A DNA stretch of 64,000 nt, taken from an uncultured Nitrospiraceae bacterium (GTDB lineage Bacteria > Nitrospirota > Nitrospiria > Nitrospirales > UBA2166). Where the stretch lies: assembly GCA_964463965.1 (NCBI GenBank), contig CAYXED010000007.1, positions 4,661-68,660 of the forward strand, written 5' to 3'. The notes below the pieces were generated by a model, which was given only the letters and a program-made list of their open reading frames with translations, had not been told where the DNA came from and did no database searches. The translations under genes were made by a program, and so were the position numbers. This document shows, in pieces, positions 29,201 to 38,805 of the stretch (the stretch's first letter is position 1; every line of letters starts with the position of its first letter).

Positions 29201-30155
29201 TGGTTCTCTACCAAGGTCACCTCGTATTGCTTTTTTATTTCCGGGACAAGGCTCACAATCACTTGGGATGGGAAAACTATTTTTTGAAACTGATACTGAG
29301 GTTGTTGATTTATTTAAATCCGCAAGTGCTGTTTTAGGGTTTGATATTTCTGATCTTTGTTTTAATGGACCTGATGATCAATTAAATCTCACTGAAAATA
29401 CCCAACCTGCAATACTTACTGTTAGTATCGCGATATTACATTCTCTCACGAGAAGAGGAATTGCCCCAGCAGTAGTTGCTGGACATAGTCTTGGTGAATG
29501 GAGTGCGGTCGTTGCAGCTGGTGGCATGGATTTTTTAGATGCAGTTCAACTGGTTAAAAAACGTGGACGTTATATGCAAGAGGCAGCTCATAGCGGGCAT
29601 GGTGTCGTTGCCGCTGTATTGGGTGTTCCTAAAGATTTAATCCTTAAATCCTGTATAGAGGCCTCATCTTATGGAATAGTTTGTCCAGCAAACTTTAATA
29701 CTTCTCGCCAAGTGGTTATTGCAGGAGAAACAGTTGCAGTTGAGGCTGCAATACGTTTAATTCAGGAACAGCATAAAGGACGTATTGTTCGGTTACCAAT
29801 TAGCGTTCCAGTGCATACGCCTCTTATGGCAGAAGCGGCAAATCGACTTGAAGTCGATCTTAGCTCCGTTGCTTTACAAGATTTAGAAGTACCCTTAATC
29901 GCCAATGTCAATGCCCAATCTATTCGTTTGAGTGGGGATGTGCGGCATTCGCTTCTTGCACAACTACCCTCTGCCGTGTTATGGGAAGAGTCAATGAAAA
30001 CGTTGATTTCTCTTGGAGTGGACTTTGTTATTGAAATTGGCCCAGGAAGTATATTATCACGTCTGATGAAAACTATAGATTCACATGTGCAAACGTTTGC
30101 TGTAAATGATCCAGAAAGTTTAAATTTAACAGTTGATGCAATTTTTCAGTCTTGA
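29172..30155 (+). CDS. fabD: Malonyl-CoA:ACP transacylase
   Basis: It has the FLFPGQGSQ and GHSLGEWSA motifs. The start is uncertain (TTG 29172, ATG 29175, TTG 29190/29193 after GGAGGGG). Confidence 0.92.
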   Translation: MMEGSLLLDSGSLPRSPRIAFLFPGQGSQSLGMGKLFFETDTEVVDLFKSASAVLGFDISDLCFNGPDDQLNLTENTQPAILTVSIAILHSLTRRGIAPAVVAGHSLGEWSAVVAAGGMDFLDAVQLVKKRGRYMQEAAHSGHGVVAAVLGVPKDLILKSCIEASSYGIVCPANFNTSRQVVIAGETVAVEAAIRLIQEQHKGRIVRLPISVPVHTPLMAEAANRLEVDLSSVALQDLEVPLIANVNAQSIRLSGDVRHSLLAQLPSAVLWEESMKTLISLGVDFVIEIGPGSILSRLMKTIDSHVQTFAVNDPESLNLTVDAIFQS

Positions 30156-30167
30156 TAAGGAGTTGCA

Positions 30168-30908
30168 ATGCTTCAGGGTCAAATTGCATTAGTTACAGGT
30201 GGAGCACAAGGTATTGGGAAAGCTATTGCGGCTAAACTGCTTGCCAATGGAGCTTTCGTTGTTCTTGCAGATCTTAATGGGGATCTGGCAGGATCAACTG
30301 CTGATGAAATTTCTCAACCAGGTAATCAGGCCGTTGGTGTCACTCTTGATGTTGCTAAGCATGATTCTGTTAAATCTACTATAAATGAAATTGTTGTAAA
30401 ATTTGGTAGAATTGATATCTTGATCAACAATGCTGGTATTACAAAAGATGGTTTACTGCTGCGCCTGCATGAAGATGCTTGGGAGCAGGTTTTGGCCGTG
30501 AACCTGACAGGAGCCTTCCACTGTACAAAGGCAGTTTTGCCTAGTATGGTTAAGAAGCGATCTGGGCGTGTTGTCAATATTGCATCAATTGTGGGTGCAA
30601 TGGGCAATATAGGGCAGGCGAATTATGCAGCTTCAAAGGGAGGGTTAATATCATTTACAAAAGTGGTAGCACGTGAATATGCAAGTCGGGGTATAACCTC
30701 AAATGCTATTGCACCTGGTTTTATTGATACAGCAATGACAAAGTCAATGCCCTCTGAAGCACAAGACTCTCTGATTAAACAAATACCAGCTCAGCGCTTA
30801 GGTACTCCCGAAGATATTGCTTATGCTGTTTCCTTTTTAGTTTCGAAGGAGGCGAACTATATTAATGGACAAGTCCTCCATGTAAATGGTGGGATGTTGA
30901 TGGTATGA
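30168..30908 (+). CDS. fabG: 3-oxoacyl-ACP reductase
   Basis: 246 aa with TGGAQGIGKA, NNAGIT and YAASKGG (Y-x3-K). AAGGAG SD. Confidence 0.93.
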   Translation: MLQGQIALVTGGAQGIGKAIAAKLLANGAFVVLADLNGDLAGSTADEISQPGNQAVGVTLDVAKHDSVKSTINEIVVKFGRIDILINNAGITKDGLLLRLHEDAWEQVLAVNLTGAFHCTKAVLPSMVKKRSGRVVNIASIVGAMGNIGQANYAASKGGLISFTKVVAREYASRGITSNAIAPGFIDTAMTKSMPSEAQDSLIKQIPAQRLGTPEDIAYAVSFLVSKEANYINGQVLHVNGGMLMV

Positions 30909-30952
30909 TCCACGTAAGTTTAATATGTATTTAATAAAAGGAGGAGATTCAC

Positions 30953-31201
30953 ATGTCAGCTGATATGACTGATGATACAAGTAGTCGTGTACGAAAGATT
31001 ATTGTAGAACGCTTAGGGGTTGACGAGGATGATGTTACTCCAGAAGCAGCTTTTGTTGATGATCTTGGTGCTGACTCTTTGGATACAGTTGAATTAGTTA
31101 TGGCGTTTGAAGAAGCTTTTGACGTTCAGATTCCCGATGAAGCTGCTGAAAAAATATTAACAGTCCAAAACGCAGTGGATTATATTAAGCAAAGACTATA
31201 A
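30953..31201 (+). CDS. acpP: Acyl carrier protein
   Basis: 82 aa with the [13 protein letters not shown] phosphopantetheine-serine motif and a strong AAAGGAGGAG SD. Confidence 0.95.
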   Translation: MSADMTDDTSSRVRKIIVERLGVDEDDVTPEAAFVDDLGADSLDTVELVMAFEEAFDVQIPDEAAEKILTVQNAVDYIKQRL

Positions 31202-31288
31202 TGCCTCGTCAATAGTTTAATTTTTCAGTGAGCTTACCTGATGTCTGATGCTAGGCGGGTGTCAGTAAGGTTAAGGTGAGGCTATAGG

Positions 31289-32566
31289 ATGAGCACCCTG
31301 CAAGACATGTTGGATTCAAATATTCAACCTAAACGTAGAGTTGTAGTTACAGGAATTGGTCTTGTTACACCTCTTGGCATAGGTCTTGAAGAAAACTGGC
31401 AAGCACTCTGTAAGGGAAAATCTGGTGTAAGAAAAATTACTAGGTTTGATGCTACGGAATTTCCATCGCAAATTGCAGCTGAAGTTCCTGATTTTGTTCC
31501 TACCGACTATGTTGATAAAAAAGATGTTAAAAAAATGGATACCTTTATTCAATATGCTATTGCAGCAAGTCGTATGGCAATTGCTGATGCCAATTTTTCA
31601 ATTTCAGACCAGAATGCGCATCGTGTTGGCGTTGTGATTGGATCAGGTATTGGTGGAATTCAAGGGATAGAACAAACAGCACTCTTGCTACAAGAAAAAG
31701 GCCCCACCCGTGTCACACCGTTTTTTATTCCTATGGTCATCATAAATATGGCATCAGGGTTTGTTTCTATTCTTTTGGGAGCAAAGGGGCCTAATTCTGG
31801 TACGGTTACAGCGTGTGCAACTGGAACTCATAGTATTGGAGACGCCTACCGCATGATCCAATATGATCGAGCAGATGCTATCATTGCTGGCGGAACCGAA
31901 GCCGCAGTTACTCCACTAACTCTCGCAGGGTTTGCTGCTGCCAAGGCTCTTTCAAAGCGAAATCATGATCCGGAAGCCGCCAGTCGACCTTTTGATAGAG
32001 ATCGAGATGGATTTGTTGTTGGTGAAGGGGGTGGGGTCCTATTTCTTGAAGAAAGGGATCATGCGATTAAGCGCAATGCGCGAATTTATGCAGAACTTGT
32101 CGGTTATGGTATGACAGCTGATGCCTATCATATTACAGCTCCTCCAAGTGATGCAGATGGAGCTGTGCGATGTATGGAGTTGACACTTAAGGATGCTGCT
32201 TTGTCTGCTCCTGATGTTGGGTATATCAATGCTCATGCAACTTCTACAATGGCGGATGGGCTTGAGGCACTTGCAATTCGAAAAGTATTTGGTGAGTTAT
32301 CCTCCCAGATCCCCGTAAGTTCAACAAAATCAATGACCGGCCACCTTCTTGGAGCTGCAGGAGGAGTTGAGGCCGCATTTGCTATCTTGGCAATTAACAG
32401 AGAAGTCTTGCCACCAACCATTAACCTTGATAATCCTGAAGACAATATTCAACTAAATCATGTTCATACTGCCGGTAAAGTCTCGAAAATTGATGCAGTG
32501 CTCTCAAATTCGTTTGGTTTTGGAGGCACGAATGGGTCTTTGCTATTTAAGCGGCATGAGCTCTAG
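31289..32566 (+). CDS. fabF: 3-oxoacyl-ACP synthase II
   Basis: 425 aa with active-site Cys in VTACATGTHS, plus NAHATST and TGHLLGAAG. Confidence 0.95.
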   Translation: MSTLQDMLDSNIQPKRRVVVTGIGLVTPLGIGLEENWQALCKGKSGVRKITRFDATEFPSQIAAEVPDFVPTDYVDKKDVKKMDTFIQYAIAASRMAIADANFSISDQNAHRVGVVIGSGIGGIQGIEQTALLLQEKGPTRVTPFFIPMVIINMASGFVSILLGAKGPNSGTVTACATGTHSIGDAYRMIQYDRADAIIAGGTEAAVTPLTLAGFAAAKALSKRNHDPEAASRPFDRDRDGFVVGEGGGVLFLEERDHAIKRNARIYAELVGYGMTADAYHITAPPSDADGAVRCMELTLKDAALSAPDVGYINAHATSTMADGLEALAIRKVFGELSSQIPVSSTKSMTGHLLGAAGGVEAAFAILAINREVLPPTINLDNPEDNIQLNHVHTAGKVSKIDAVLSNSFGFGGTNGSLLFKRHEL

Positions 32567-33284
32567 TATAAAATTTTCACAGATGCTTCATCGTGAACTC
32601 TCGAGCTTGCAATCAGAGCTATCATATTCTTTCAAAAATGAGGGATTTCTTCGACAAGCTCTTACCCATGCATCTTCAGTAAATGAAAAAGCCCCATTAT
32701 TTTCTCATAATGAAAGGCTTGAGTTTTTTGGAGACTCTGCTTTAGGTTTTGTTATTACCAAATATCTTTTTAACCGATTCCCAGATGCTACAGAGGGGGA
32801 TCTTTCAAAAATGAAGGCATCTCTGGTGAGCAAACCAACGCTTTTTCGAGTAGCAAAAAAAATATCATTGGGCTCATTTATTATTCTTGGAAGAGGGGAA
32901 GATCTAAATGGAGGAAGAGAAAAGCCGTCTCTTCTTGCTGATACTTTGGAGGCACTTATTGCTGCTGTATATTTTGATGGGGATTTTGAGTCTATGCAAC
33001 GTGTAGTATTGGCTCTTTATAGCGAGGAGCTAAACCTGCTTGATTGTGGCCTTGAATCTGAAGACTATAAAAGTCAGTTGCAGGTATTCTGTCAGAAAAA
33101 ATTTTCTTTAATCCCCACCTATCACCTTCGAGATTTATCTGGTCCTGATCACCGTTTAAAGTTTGAAGTTGAAGTATATCTTAAAGAGAAAAGAAGGGGG
33201 GTCGGGGTTGGGATGACAAAGAAGGAAGCTGAACGGCAAGCCGCAAAAGAAGCGCTAGAGCATCTTCGTAGAGAAAAAATATAG
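32556..33284 (+). CDS. rnc: Ribonuclease III
   Basis: Start taken at ATG 32556 (11-nt overlap with fabF); the alternative is 32583. It has the signature NERLEFFGDSAL and a C-terminal dsRBD (GMTKKEAERQAAKEAL). Confidence 0.9.
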   Translation: MSSSIKFSQMLHRELSSLQSELSYSFKNEGFLRQALTHASSVNEKAPLFSHNERLEFFGDSALGFVITKYLFNRFPDATEGDLSKMKASLVSKPTLFRVAKKISLGSFIILGRGEDLNGGREKPSLLADTLEALIAAVYFDGDFESMQRVVLALYSEELNLLDCGLESEDYKSQLQVFCQKKFSLIPTYHLRDLSGPDHRLKFEVEVYLKEKRRGVGVGMTKKEAERQAAKEALEHLRREKI

Positions 33285-33305
33285 CCGAAGCTGGGAGGGT
33301 TTGAC

Positions 33306-33866
33306 ATGTTTTTTCGTTTCCTAGGCATGAGTGCTGGCGCATTTATTGTTTTTGGTATTATCAGTTTTGCTGAGGTGCATGCAGATACTGACGTGCCTCG
33401 AGCCATAATTGATACAAAGTTTGGCTCAATTGAGCTGACTTTTTTTCCAAATAAAGCACCCAAGCATGTTGAAAATTTTTTGAAGTTATCTCGAGAAGGA
33501 TTCTATGATGGGACTATCTTTCATCGCATAATCCCTGGGTTTATGATTCAAGGAGGTGATCCAAATACGAAGGGTGATGATGTAGCTAGTTATGGATTAG
33601 GTGGTCCAGGCTATAATTTAAAAGAAGAATTTAACAATCGTCCCCATGGAAGAGGCATTTTGTCTATGGCTCGCGGAGGTGATCCAAATAGTGCTGGATC
33701 TCAGTTTTTCATTGTGGTTTCCCCTTCAAGTTTTCTAAATGGTAAGTATACGGTATTTGGGAAAGTTGTTAAGGGTATGGACGTAGTTGATTTAATTGTT
33801 TCTCAAGAGAGAAACTCTCGAGATTTACCAAACGAACGCATTGAGATGACGGTGACGATTCGTTAA
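33306..33866 (+). CDS. Periplasmic peptidyl-prolyl cis-trans isomerase (cyclophilin type)
   Basis: Signal peptide, then FHRIIPGFMIQGGDP and SMARGGDPNSAGSQFFI. Confidence 0.9.
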   Translation: MFFRFLGMSAGAFIVFGIISFAEVHADTDVPRAIIDTKFGSIELTFFPNKAPKHVENFLKLSREGFYDGTIFHRIIPGFMIQGGDPNTKGDDVASYGLGGPGYNLKEEFNNRPHGRGILSMARGGDPNSAGSQFFIVVSPSSFLNGKYTVFGKVVKGMDVVDLIVSQERNSRDLPNERIEMTVTIR

Positions 33867-33886
33867 TAGTCTTTTGTAGTTGTTTT

Positions 33887-35056
33887 TTATTGCAATGGAA
33901 GAGATGGTGTAAGCAATTGCTGTAAGGTTTCCAGTGGAATTGCTTCGGCACGATGATTATCACGACCAATGACAGTTGTGGCGAGAGTGAGGGCATTAAA
34001 AATTGCCTCTTCTGTAGCCTCGACCACGGCAGAAAAAAGAGGGTTTAAGTGAGTATCAGAAATAATGGTCATGGAATAAGTGGGCTTATCAGGGTAGTGT
34101 GGGATGATATTTCCTGTTGAAAATGAAAGGACAAAGTCCCCACTACCGTGGCGCCCAATCGTCCCGGTTCTAGCCAATCCTAACGTTGCCCGTTTTGAAA
34201 CTCGTTTTAGTTGGCGACTTGTTAGAGGCGCATCAGTAGCAACAATGATGATAATAGAACCTTCTCGTGTTTGAGGTAGACTATTAACCTTTGAAAAGTG
34301 ATGTCCAATACGTTTTCCACGAATGGTAAGTTGAGTTCGGCGCCCATGATTCGCGTTTACGAGTACTCCTACAGTATATCCACCGTCTTTAGTTGATAAT
34401 AGGCGTGAGGATGTACCAATTCCACCTTTAAAACCGTAACTTCGCATACCCGTACCCGCCCCAACTGATCCTTGTTCTACAATTCCAGATTTTGCAATTG
34501 CTAAGGCATGCTCGACATGTTTTTCAGTGACATGGCGGCCTTGAGCGTCATTTAGATAGCTGTCATCACATTCTGCAACCACAGGTGTCAGAGTGTCGTC
34601 TGTAATGCCAATCTTGGGATATTGTTTGATCATCCAATTGATTATACCGTTAGCAACAATTGGAGCATTTAGCGTATTTGTTAACGCTATTGGATACTCA
34701 AGAAATCCAGCTTCTTCAATCCATGATAAGCCGGTCATCTCGCCAGTACCATTAAAAACAAATCCTGCCGCAGGGACTTTCTTGTTCCAAATATCTTCTC
34801 TAGGGATAATCACAGTCACGCCCGTTCGGACGGGGCCCTTTCCTGGTACGAGAGACCCGTGCCCTTCGTGGATAGTGGTGTGGCCTACCAGGACACCTGG
34901 CACATCTGTTATAGCGTTAAATTTTCCAGGAGAAAGTGTGCCTATGAAGACTCCAATGTCCCGAAGAGTATGACGGGGCTCTATTCCTGCCTGCGCGTAG
35001 ATCGTAATACAGGAGAGAATAACTGTTGTAAAAACCAGTGTTTTGGGGTAGCTCAA
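33887..35056 (-). CDS. DmpA/P1-family aminopeptidase (peptidase S58), secreted
   Basis: 389 aa with a signal peptide. It has NAITDVPGVLVGHTT at the N-terminus and a G-rich self-processing region GAGTGMRSYGFKGGIGTSS. Confidence 0.7.
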   Translation of the reverse strand: MSYPKTLVFTTVILSCITIYAQAGIEPRHTLRDIGVFIGTLSPGKFNAITDVPGVLVGHTTIHEGHGSLVPGKGPVRTGVTVIIPREDIWNKKVPAAGFVFNGTGEMTGLSWIEEAGFLEYPIALTNTLNAPIVANGIINWMIKQYPKIGITDDTLTPVVAECDDSYLNDAQGRHVTEKHVEHALAIAKSGIVEQGSVGAGTGMRSYGFKGGIGTSSRLLSTKDGGYTVGVLVNANHGRRTQLTIRGKRIGHHFSKVNSLPQTREGSIIIIVATDAPLTSRQLKRVSKRATLGLARTGTIGRHGSGDFVLSFSTGNIIPHYPDKPTYSMTIISDTHLNPLFSAVVEATEEAIFNALTLATTVIGRDNHRAEAIPLETLQQLLTPSLPLQ

Positions 35057-35079
35057 CGGAGAAAAGCTCGTCTCGCTGC

Positions 35080-35448
35080 TTAGTTCGACGCTGGTGCTGG
35101 AGCAGCTTTCATGGAGTTTATCAATTGCGCAAAAGCTTCTGCGTCATTCATTGCCATATCAGCAAGGACTTTCCTGTTAAGTGTTAGGTTTGCAGTTTTA
35201 AGTTGCGATATAAGCTCGCTATAAGTTAATCCATGAGCCCGTGTTGCAGCGTTAATACGTGCAATCCACAAACGACGAAAAGTCCTCTTTTTTACTTTTC
35301 GCCCTCGGTACGCAAACCTGAGTGCTCTATCAACTGCTTCGGTTGCTTGACGGTAGAGGCGGCTTCGGCTTCCAAAATAGCCTTTCGCCAATTTAAGACG
35401 TTTTTTTCTACGTAAATGTGTTTTTGGACCCCCTTTTGCCCTAGGCAT
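35080..35448 (-). CDS. rplT: 50S ribosomal protein L20
   Basis: 122 aa, MPRAKGGPKTHLRRKKRLKLAKGY..., in the infC-rpmI-rplT operon. Confidence 0.97.
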   Translation of the reverse strand: MPRAKGGPKTHLRRKKRLKLAKGYFGSRSRLYRQATEAVDRALRFAYRGRKVKKRTFRRLWIARINAATRAHGLTYSELISQLKTANLTLNRKVLADMAMNDAEAFAQLINSMKAAPAPASN

Positions 35449-35499
35449 TGTATAACTCCTTATAATTCTTAGTTAAGTGATTGCGTGAAATATTTGTAA

Positions 35500-35703
35500 C
35501 TATTGATGTGGCAACAAGCGTCCCATCATTCTGTTAACGCTAGAGTCAACCGCTGCTGGCCCTTTAAGATTTCGTTTTTGGTCACGAGACTTTGTAGTTA
35601 GAATATGACGAAGTGATGCTTTTCGCCGTATATATTTCCCTGATGCGGTAACTTTAACGCGTTTTGCAGTGCCACGATGTGTTTTTAGTTTAAATCCAGC
35701 CAT
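35500..35703 (-). CDS. rpmI: 50S ribosomal protein L35
   Basis: 67 aa, basic, ...KLKTHRGTAKRVKVTASGK... Confidence 0.95.
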   Translation of the reverse strand: MAGFKLKTHRGTAKRVKVTASGKYIRRKASLRHILTTKSRDQKRNLKGPAAVDSSVNRMMGRLLPHQ

Positions 35704-35720
35704 TATTCTTCCTCATAGGG

Positions 35721-36233
35721 TTACGATGTTTTTGGTGACAAGAGCATTACCATAAATCGACCTTCGATTCGATAGGGTTGCTCCACTTGTCCATGATCAG
35801 CCGTGCCTTCTACAACCTTTTCCATTAGGAGTTTTCCTCGGTCCGCATGTTCCATTTCACGTCCCCTAAATACAAGAATAACCTTTGTTTTATGGCCATG
35901 AGCTAGAAATGAATTTATATGTTTAATTTTTGTTTCTAGGTCATGTATGCCAGTTCTAAGACGTATCTTGGCCTCTTTTACCTGAGTGGACTTTTGGTTC
36001 GAGCGGCTCGCATGTTGTTTTTTGTTTGCTTCATACTTGTACTTGCCATAATCCATAATTCGGCAAACGGGAGGCTGAGCTTGAGGTGCGACCTCTACCA
36101 AATCATACCCAGTCTCAAATGCTTGTCGAATTGCCTCGGAAGTTTGAAGGATTCCCAGTTGTTCACCTTCTGATCCTATAACGCGAACCTCAGGCGTCCG
36201 GATACGTTGATTAACACGAAGTTTCTGAACGAT
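35721..36233 (-). CDS. infC: Translation initiation factor IF-3 (ATC start)
   Basis: The listed ORF (TTG 36101) lacks the N-domain. The frame is open upstream and encodes VQKLRVNQRIRTPEVRVIGSEGEQLGILQTSEAIRQAFETGYDLVEV. An in-frame ATC at 36233 sits 6 nt after AAGGAGG and 22 nt after the thrS stop. Confidence 0.85.
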   Translation of the reverse strand: MVQKLRVNQRIRTPEVRVIGSEGEQLGILQTSEAIRQAFETGYDLVEVAPQAQPPVCRIMDYGKYKYEANKKQHASRSNQKSTQVKEAKIRLRTGIHDLETKIKHINSFLAHGHKTKVILVFRGREMEHADRGKLLMEKVVEGTADHGQVEQPYRIEGRFMVMLLSPKTS

Positions 36234-36255
36234 AAAGCACCTCCTTGGGTTATTG

Positions 36256-38199
36256 CTATGTTGATTCTGGCGTCATGGATGCCAAAGGCTTTTCCAGGGC
36301 CTCTTCCTGTAGCATATCAATAAATTGACTCAGAGTCATTGATCCTATGGGACCTTCTTTTCTTTTGCGAATGGAGATTGTGTCTGCTTCTACCTCTCGG
36401 TCTCCAATGATAAGCATATATGGTATTTTCGAAGTTTGGGCTTCCCTTATCTTGAGGTTCATTTTTTCTGACCGTGAGTCAAGTTCAGCTCTAAAGCCAT
36501 GTTCACGTAGCTGCGTAAGAAGTGTAGTGGCATAGGGGACTTGGGTATCTCCAAGGGTGAGAATTCTCACTTGAATTGGCGCCAGCCATGTGGGGAAAGC
36601 ACCAGCAAAGTGTTCAACTAGAATTCCCATGAATCGCTCAATGGAACCTAGTACTGCTCTGTGAATCATGATTGGTTGATGGGATTTGCCATCAGAACCG
36701 GTGTATGACAAGCCAAAGCGATGTGGGAGGTTAAAGTCTAATTGAATTGTTGAACATTGCCACGCTCTTCCCAAGACATCTCGTATTTTAATATCAATTT
36801 TTGGTCCATAAAAAACGCCCTCTCCAGGGTCAGTAGTATACGAGACATTAAGGTTTTGCAAGGCAGACTCTAGGGATGTAGTAGCATGTTCCCAGTCTTT
36901 ATCAGACCCCACAGCATGTTCTGGGCGAGTAGAGAGATAAGTCTCAAATTTGTCAAAACCAAAACGCTGCAATGTTGAAAATGTAAACTCTATAATATTA
37001 CTTACTTCGGTAGCTAATTGATCTGGGCGGCAAAAAATGTGTGCGTCGTCTTGTGTAAAGCCACGCACTCTGAGGAGCCCATGGAGAACCCCAGAGCGTT
37101 CATGCCGATAAACGGTGCCAAGTTCTGCCCATCGTAGTGGTAGATCGCGATAACTTCTTAGGCGCGATTTATATATTACGATGTGAAATGGGCAGTTCAT
37201 CGGTTTTAGTTGATAAGGATTGCCTTCGATTTGCATTGCCGTAAACATGTTTTCTTGATAAAAATCCAAGTGCCCACTTTGTTTCCATAGGTCCAGTCTC
37301 GCAACATGTGGGGAGTAAACGAGCTCGTAACCACGTGTAATATGTTGTTCTCGCCAAAAGGTCTCAATTAGGTGCCTAACCATCGCTCCTTTCGGATGCC
37401 ATAAAATTAGTCCTGGTCCTGTTTCATCACTAACAGAAAACAGTTCAAGTTCTTTCCCAATTTTTCGATGGTCCCGACGTTTTGCTTCTTCTAAGAGATG
37501 CAGGTGCGTGTCAAGTTCTTTTTTCGTTGGAAAGGAAATTCCATATATGCGCTGAAGCATGACATTGTGTTCGTCACCACGCCAATAGGCTCCTGCACCT
37601 GATAAAACCTTAAATGCGCCGATCATTCCGGTTGAAGGTACATGTGGGCCCCGGCAAAGATCAACAAAGTTTCCTTGACGGTACATTGATATTGATTCAT
37701 CAGGGATGCTTTCAATAATTTCAACTTTGTATGATTCGCCGCGATCTTTAAAGAAGGGAATAGCATCCTTATTCGAAGATTCCATGCGTTCGAGTGGGTA
37801 ATTTGCTTGCATGATAGAATGAACTTCTTCTTCAATTTTTTCTAAGTCATCAGGGGTAAATGGGCGTTCAAACCCAAAGTCATAGTAAAAGCCAGCATCA
37901 ATTGGAGGGCCAATAGCTAGTTTTGCGCTTGGGAAGACTGTTTTTACAGCCTGCGCGAGAATGTGAGCGCTTGTATGCCAATAAACGTCTTTTCCCATCG
38001 GAGTGTCGAAAGTTAGAGGGGTTATTGCAACATCTGTTGTTAATGTAGTAGAGAGGTCAACAACAACGCCATTAATATCTGCTGCTAAAAGCGCACGGTT
38101 TCCGGAGTGTGGGTAGTCTTTTAAAGCCTCAGAAACGGTAGTTCCCTGCTCGTAAGAACGTTCAGAATTATCTGGATAAGTTACTTTAATCATGACCAT
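36256..38199 (-). CDS. thrS: Threonyl-tRNA synthetase
   Basis: 647 aa with a TGS domain N-terminus (MIKVTYPDNS), a class II core (FRGEDHNV... / RVRGFTQDDAHIF) and an anticodon-binding C-domain. Confidence 0.97.
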   Translation of the reverse strand: MVMIKVTYPDNSERSYEQGTTVSEALKDYPHSGNRALLAADINGVVVDLSTTLTTDVAITPLTFDTPMGKDVYWHTSAHILAQAVKTVFPSAKLAIGPPIDAGFYYDFGFERPFTPDDLEKIEEEVHSIMQANYPLERMESSNKDAIPFFKDRGESYKVEIIESIPDESISMYRQGNFVDLCRGPHVPSTGMIGAFKVLSGAGAYWRGDEHNVMLQRIYGISFPTKKELDTHLHLLEEAKRRDHRKIGKELELFSVSDETGPGLILWHPKGAMVRHLIETFWREQHITRGYELVYSPHVARLDLWKQSGHLDFYQENMFTAMQIEGNPYQLKPMNCPFHIVIYKSRLRSYRDLPLRWAELGTVYRHERSGVLHGLLRVRGFTQDDAHIFCRPDQLATEVSNIIEFTFSTLQRFGFDKFETYLSTRPEHAVGSDKDWEHATTSLESALQNLNVSYTTDPGEGVFYGPKIDIKIRDVLGRAWQCSTIQLDFNLPHRFGLSYTGSDGKSHQPIMIHRAVLGSIERFMGILVEHFAGAFPTWLAPIQVRILTLGDTQVPYATTLLTQLREHGFRAELDSRSEKMNLKIREAQTSKIPYMLIIGDREVEADTISIRKRKEGPIGSMTLSQFIDMLQEEALEKPLASMTPEST

Positions 38200-38235
38200 A
38201 AGTTGGGTTAGATGGGTGAGTTGCTGGAGTGACAG

Positions 38236-38310
38236 TGGTAGGCGCGGGCGGTTTTGAACCGCCGACCTCTACCGTGTCAAGGTAGCGCTCTCCCCCTGAG
38301 CTACGCGCCT
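38236..38310 (-). tRNA. tRNA-Val (anticodon GAC), CCA encoded
   Basis: The reverse complement folds by eye. The acceptor is AGGCGCG/CGCGCCU. The D arm is GCUC-AGGGGGA-GAGC. The anticodon arm is CUACC-UUGACAC-GGUAG. The T arm is GGCGG-UUCAAAA-CCGCC. It ends with discriminator A and CCA. Total 75 nt. Confidence 0.9.
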
Positions 38311-38378
38311 AAACCATTATGCTGTCGAGAAGAGCGATTCAAAATATTGAGTAGACATATCGTAAAAAATCTCGGTGA

Positions 38379-38407
38379 AATATAGCAGTCTGGCACTCAA
38401 GGGTCAA
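38379..38407 (-). promoter_or_regulatory. Sigma70-like promoter upstream of tRNA-Val/thrS operon
   Basis: On the minus strand: TTGACC (38407-38402), 17-nt spacer, TATATT (38384-38379). It lies about 60-70 nt upstream of the tRNA 5' end. Confidence 0.45.
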
Positions 38408-38466
38408 GGAAATTTGGGCTTTGAAGGGGGAGTATAGGAAAGGGTTTTCATTTAAAAATCGTTGTA

Positions 38467-38757
38467 TTACGATTTTTTTCGAATCGGCATGTCAATTGTT
38501 TTTGGGCGGTTGATTTTGAGGTCATGGATTTTTTTCCGAAGAGTATTTCGGTTAATTCCAAGAGTTTGTGCGGCCTGTACCTGATTCCAGTTCATCTCGA
38601 TTAGGATTTGCGTAATTAGAGGGCGCTCTACCGCTCGAATTACTAATGGATGAAGATTCTTTGCATCACTTCTCGTCATGCGGATAGCAAAGTCGCGTAC
38701 TTTATTGCCGAGTGATTCCTCGAGCGCGTGGCTATGTTTTGGTTTTCTCGGAGACAC
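38467..38757 (-). CDS. fis: Fis-family DNA-binding protein (HTH_8)
   Basis: 96 aa with a GTG start. The C-terminal HTH is NWNQVQAAQTLGINRNTLRKKI. Confidence 0.75.
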   Translation of the reverse strand: MSPRKPKHSHALEESLGNKVRDFAIRMTRSDAKNLHPLVIRAVERPLITQILIEMNWNQVQAAQTLGINRNTLRKKIHDLKINRPKTIDMPIRKKS

Positions 38758-38805
38758 AAGCGCATACTCCTTTCATCTCTTAAAAATGTCAAGAGGGAAA
38801 ATTGT

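Noticed and set aside
31233-31269. Bulged 8-bp hairpin (CTTAC(C)TGA ... TCAGTAAG) in the acpP-fabF spacer.
   Set aside because: No U tract follows and the stem is weak. It could modulate acpP/fabF stoichiometry as in E. coli, but the sequence alone does not support a call.
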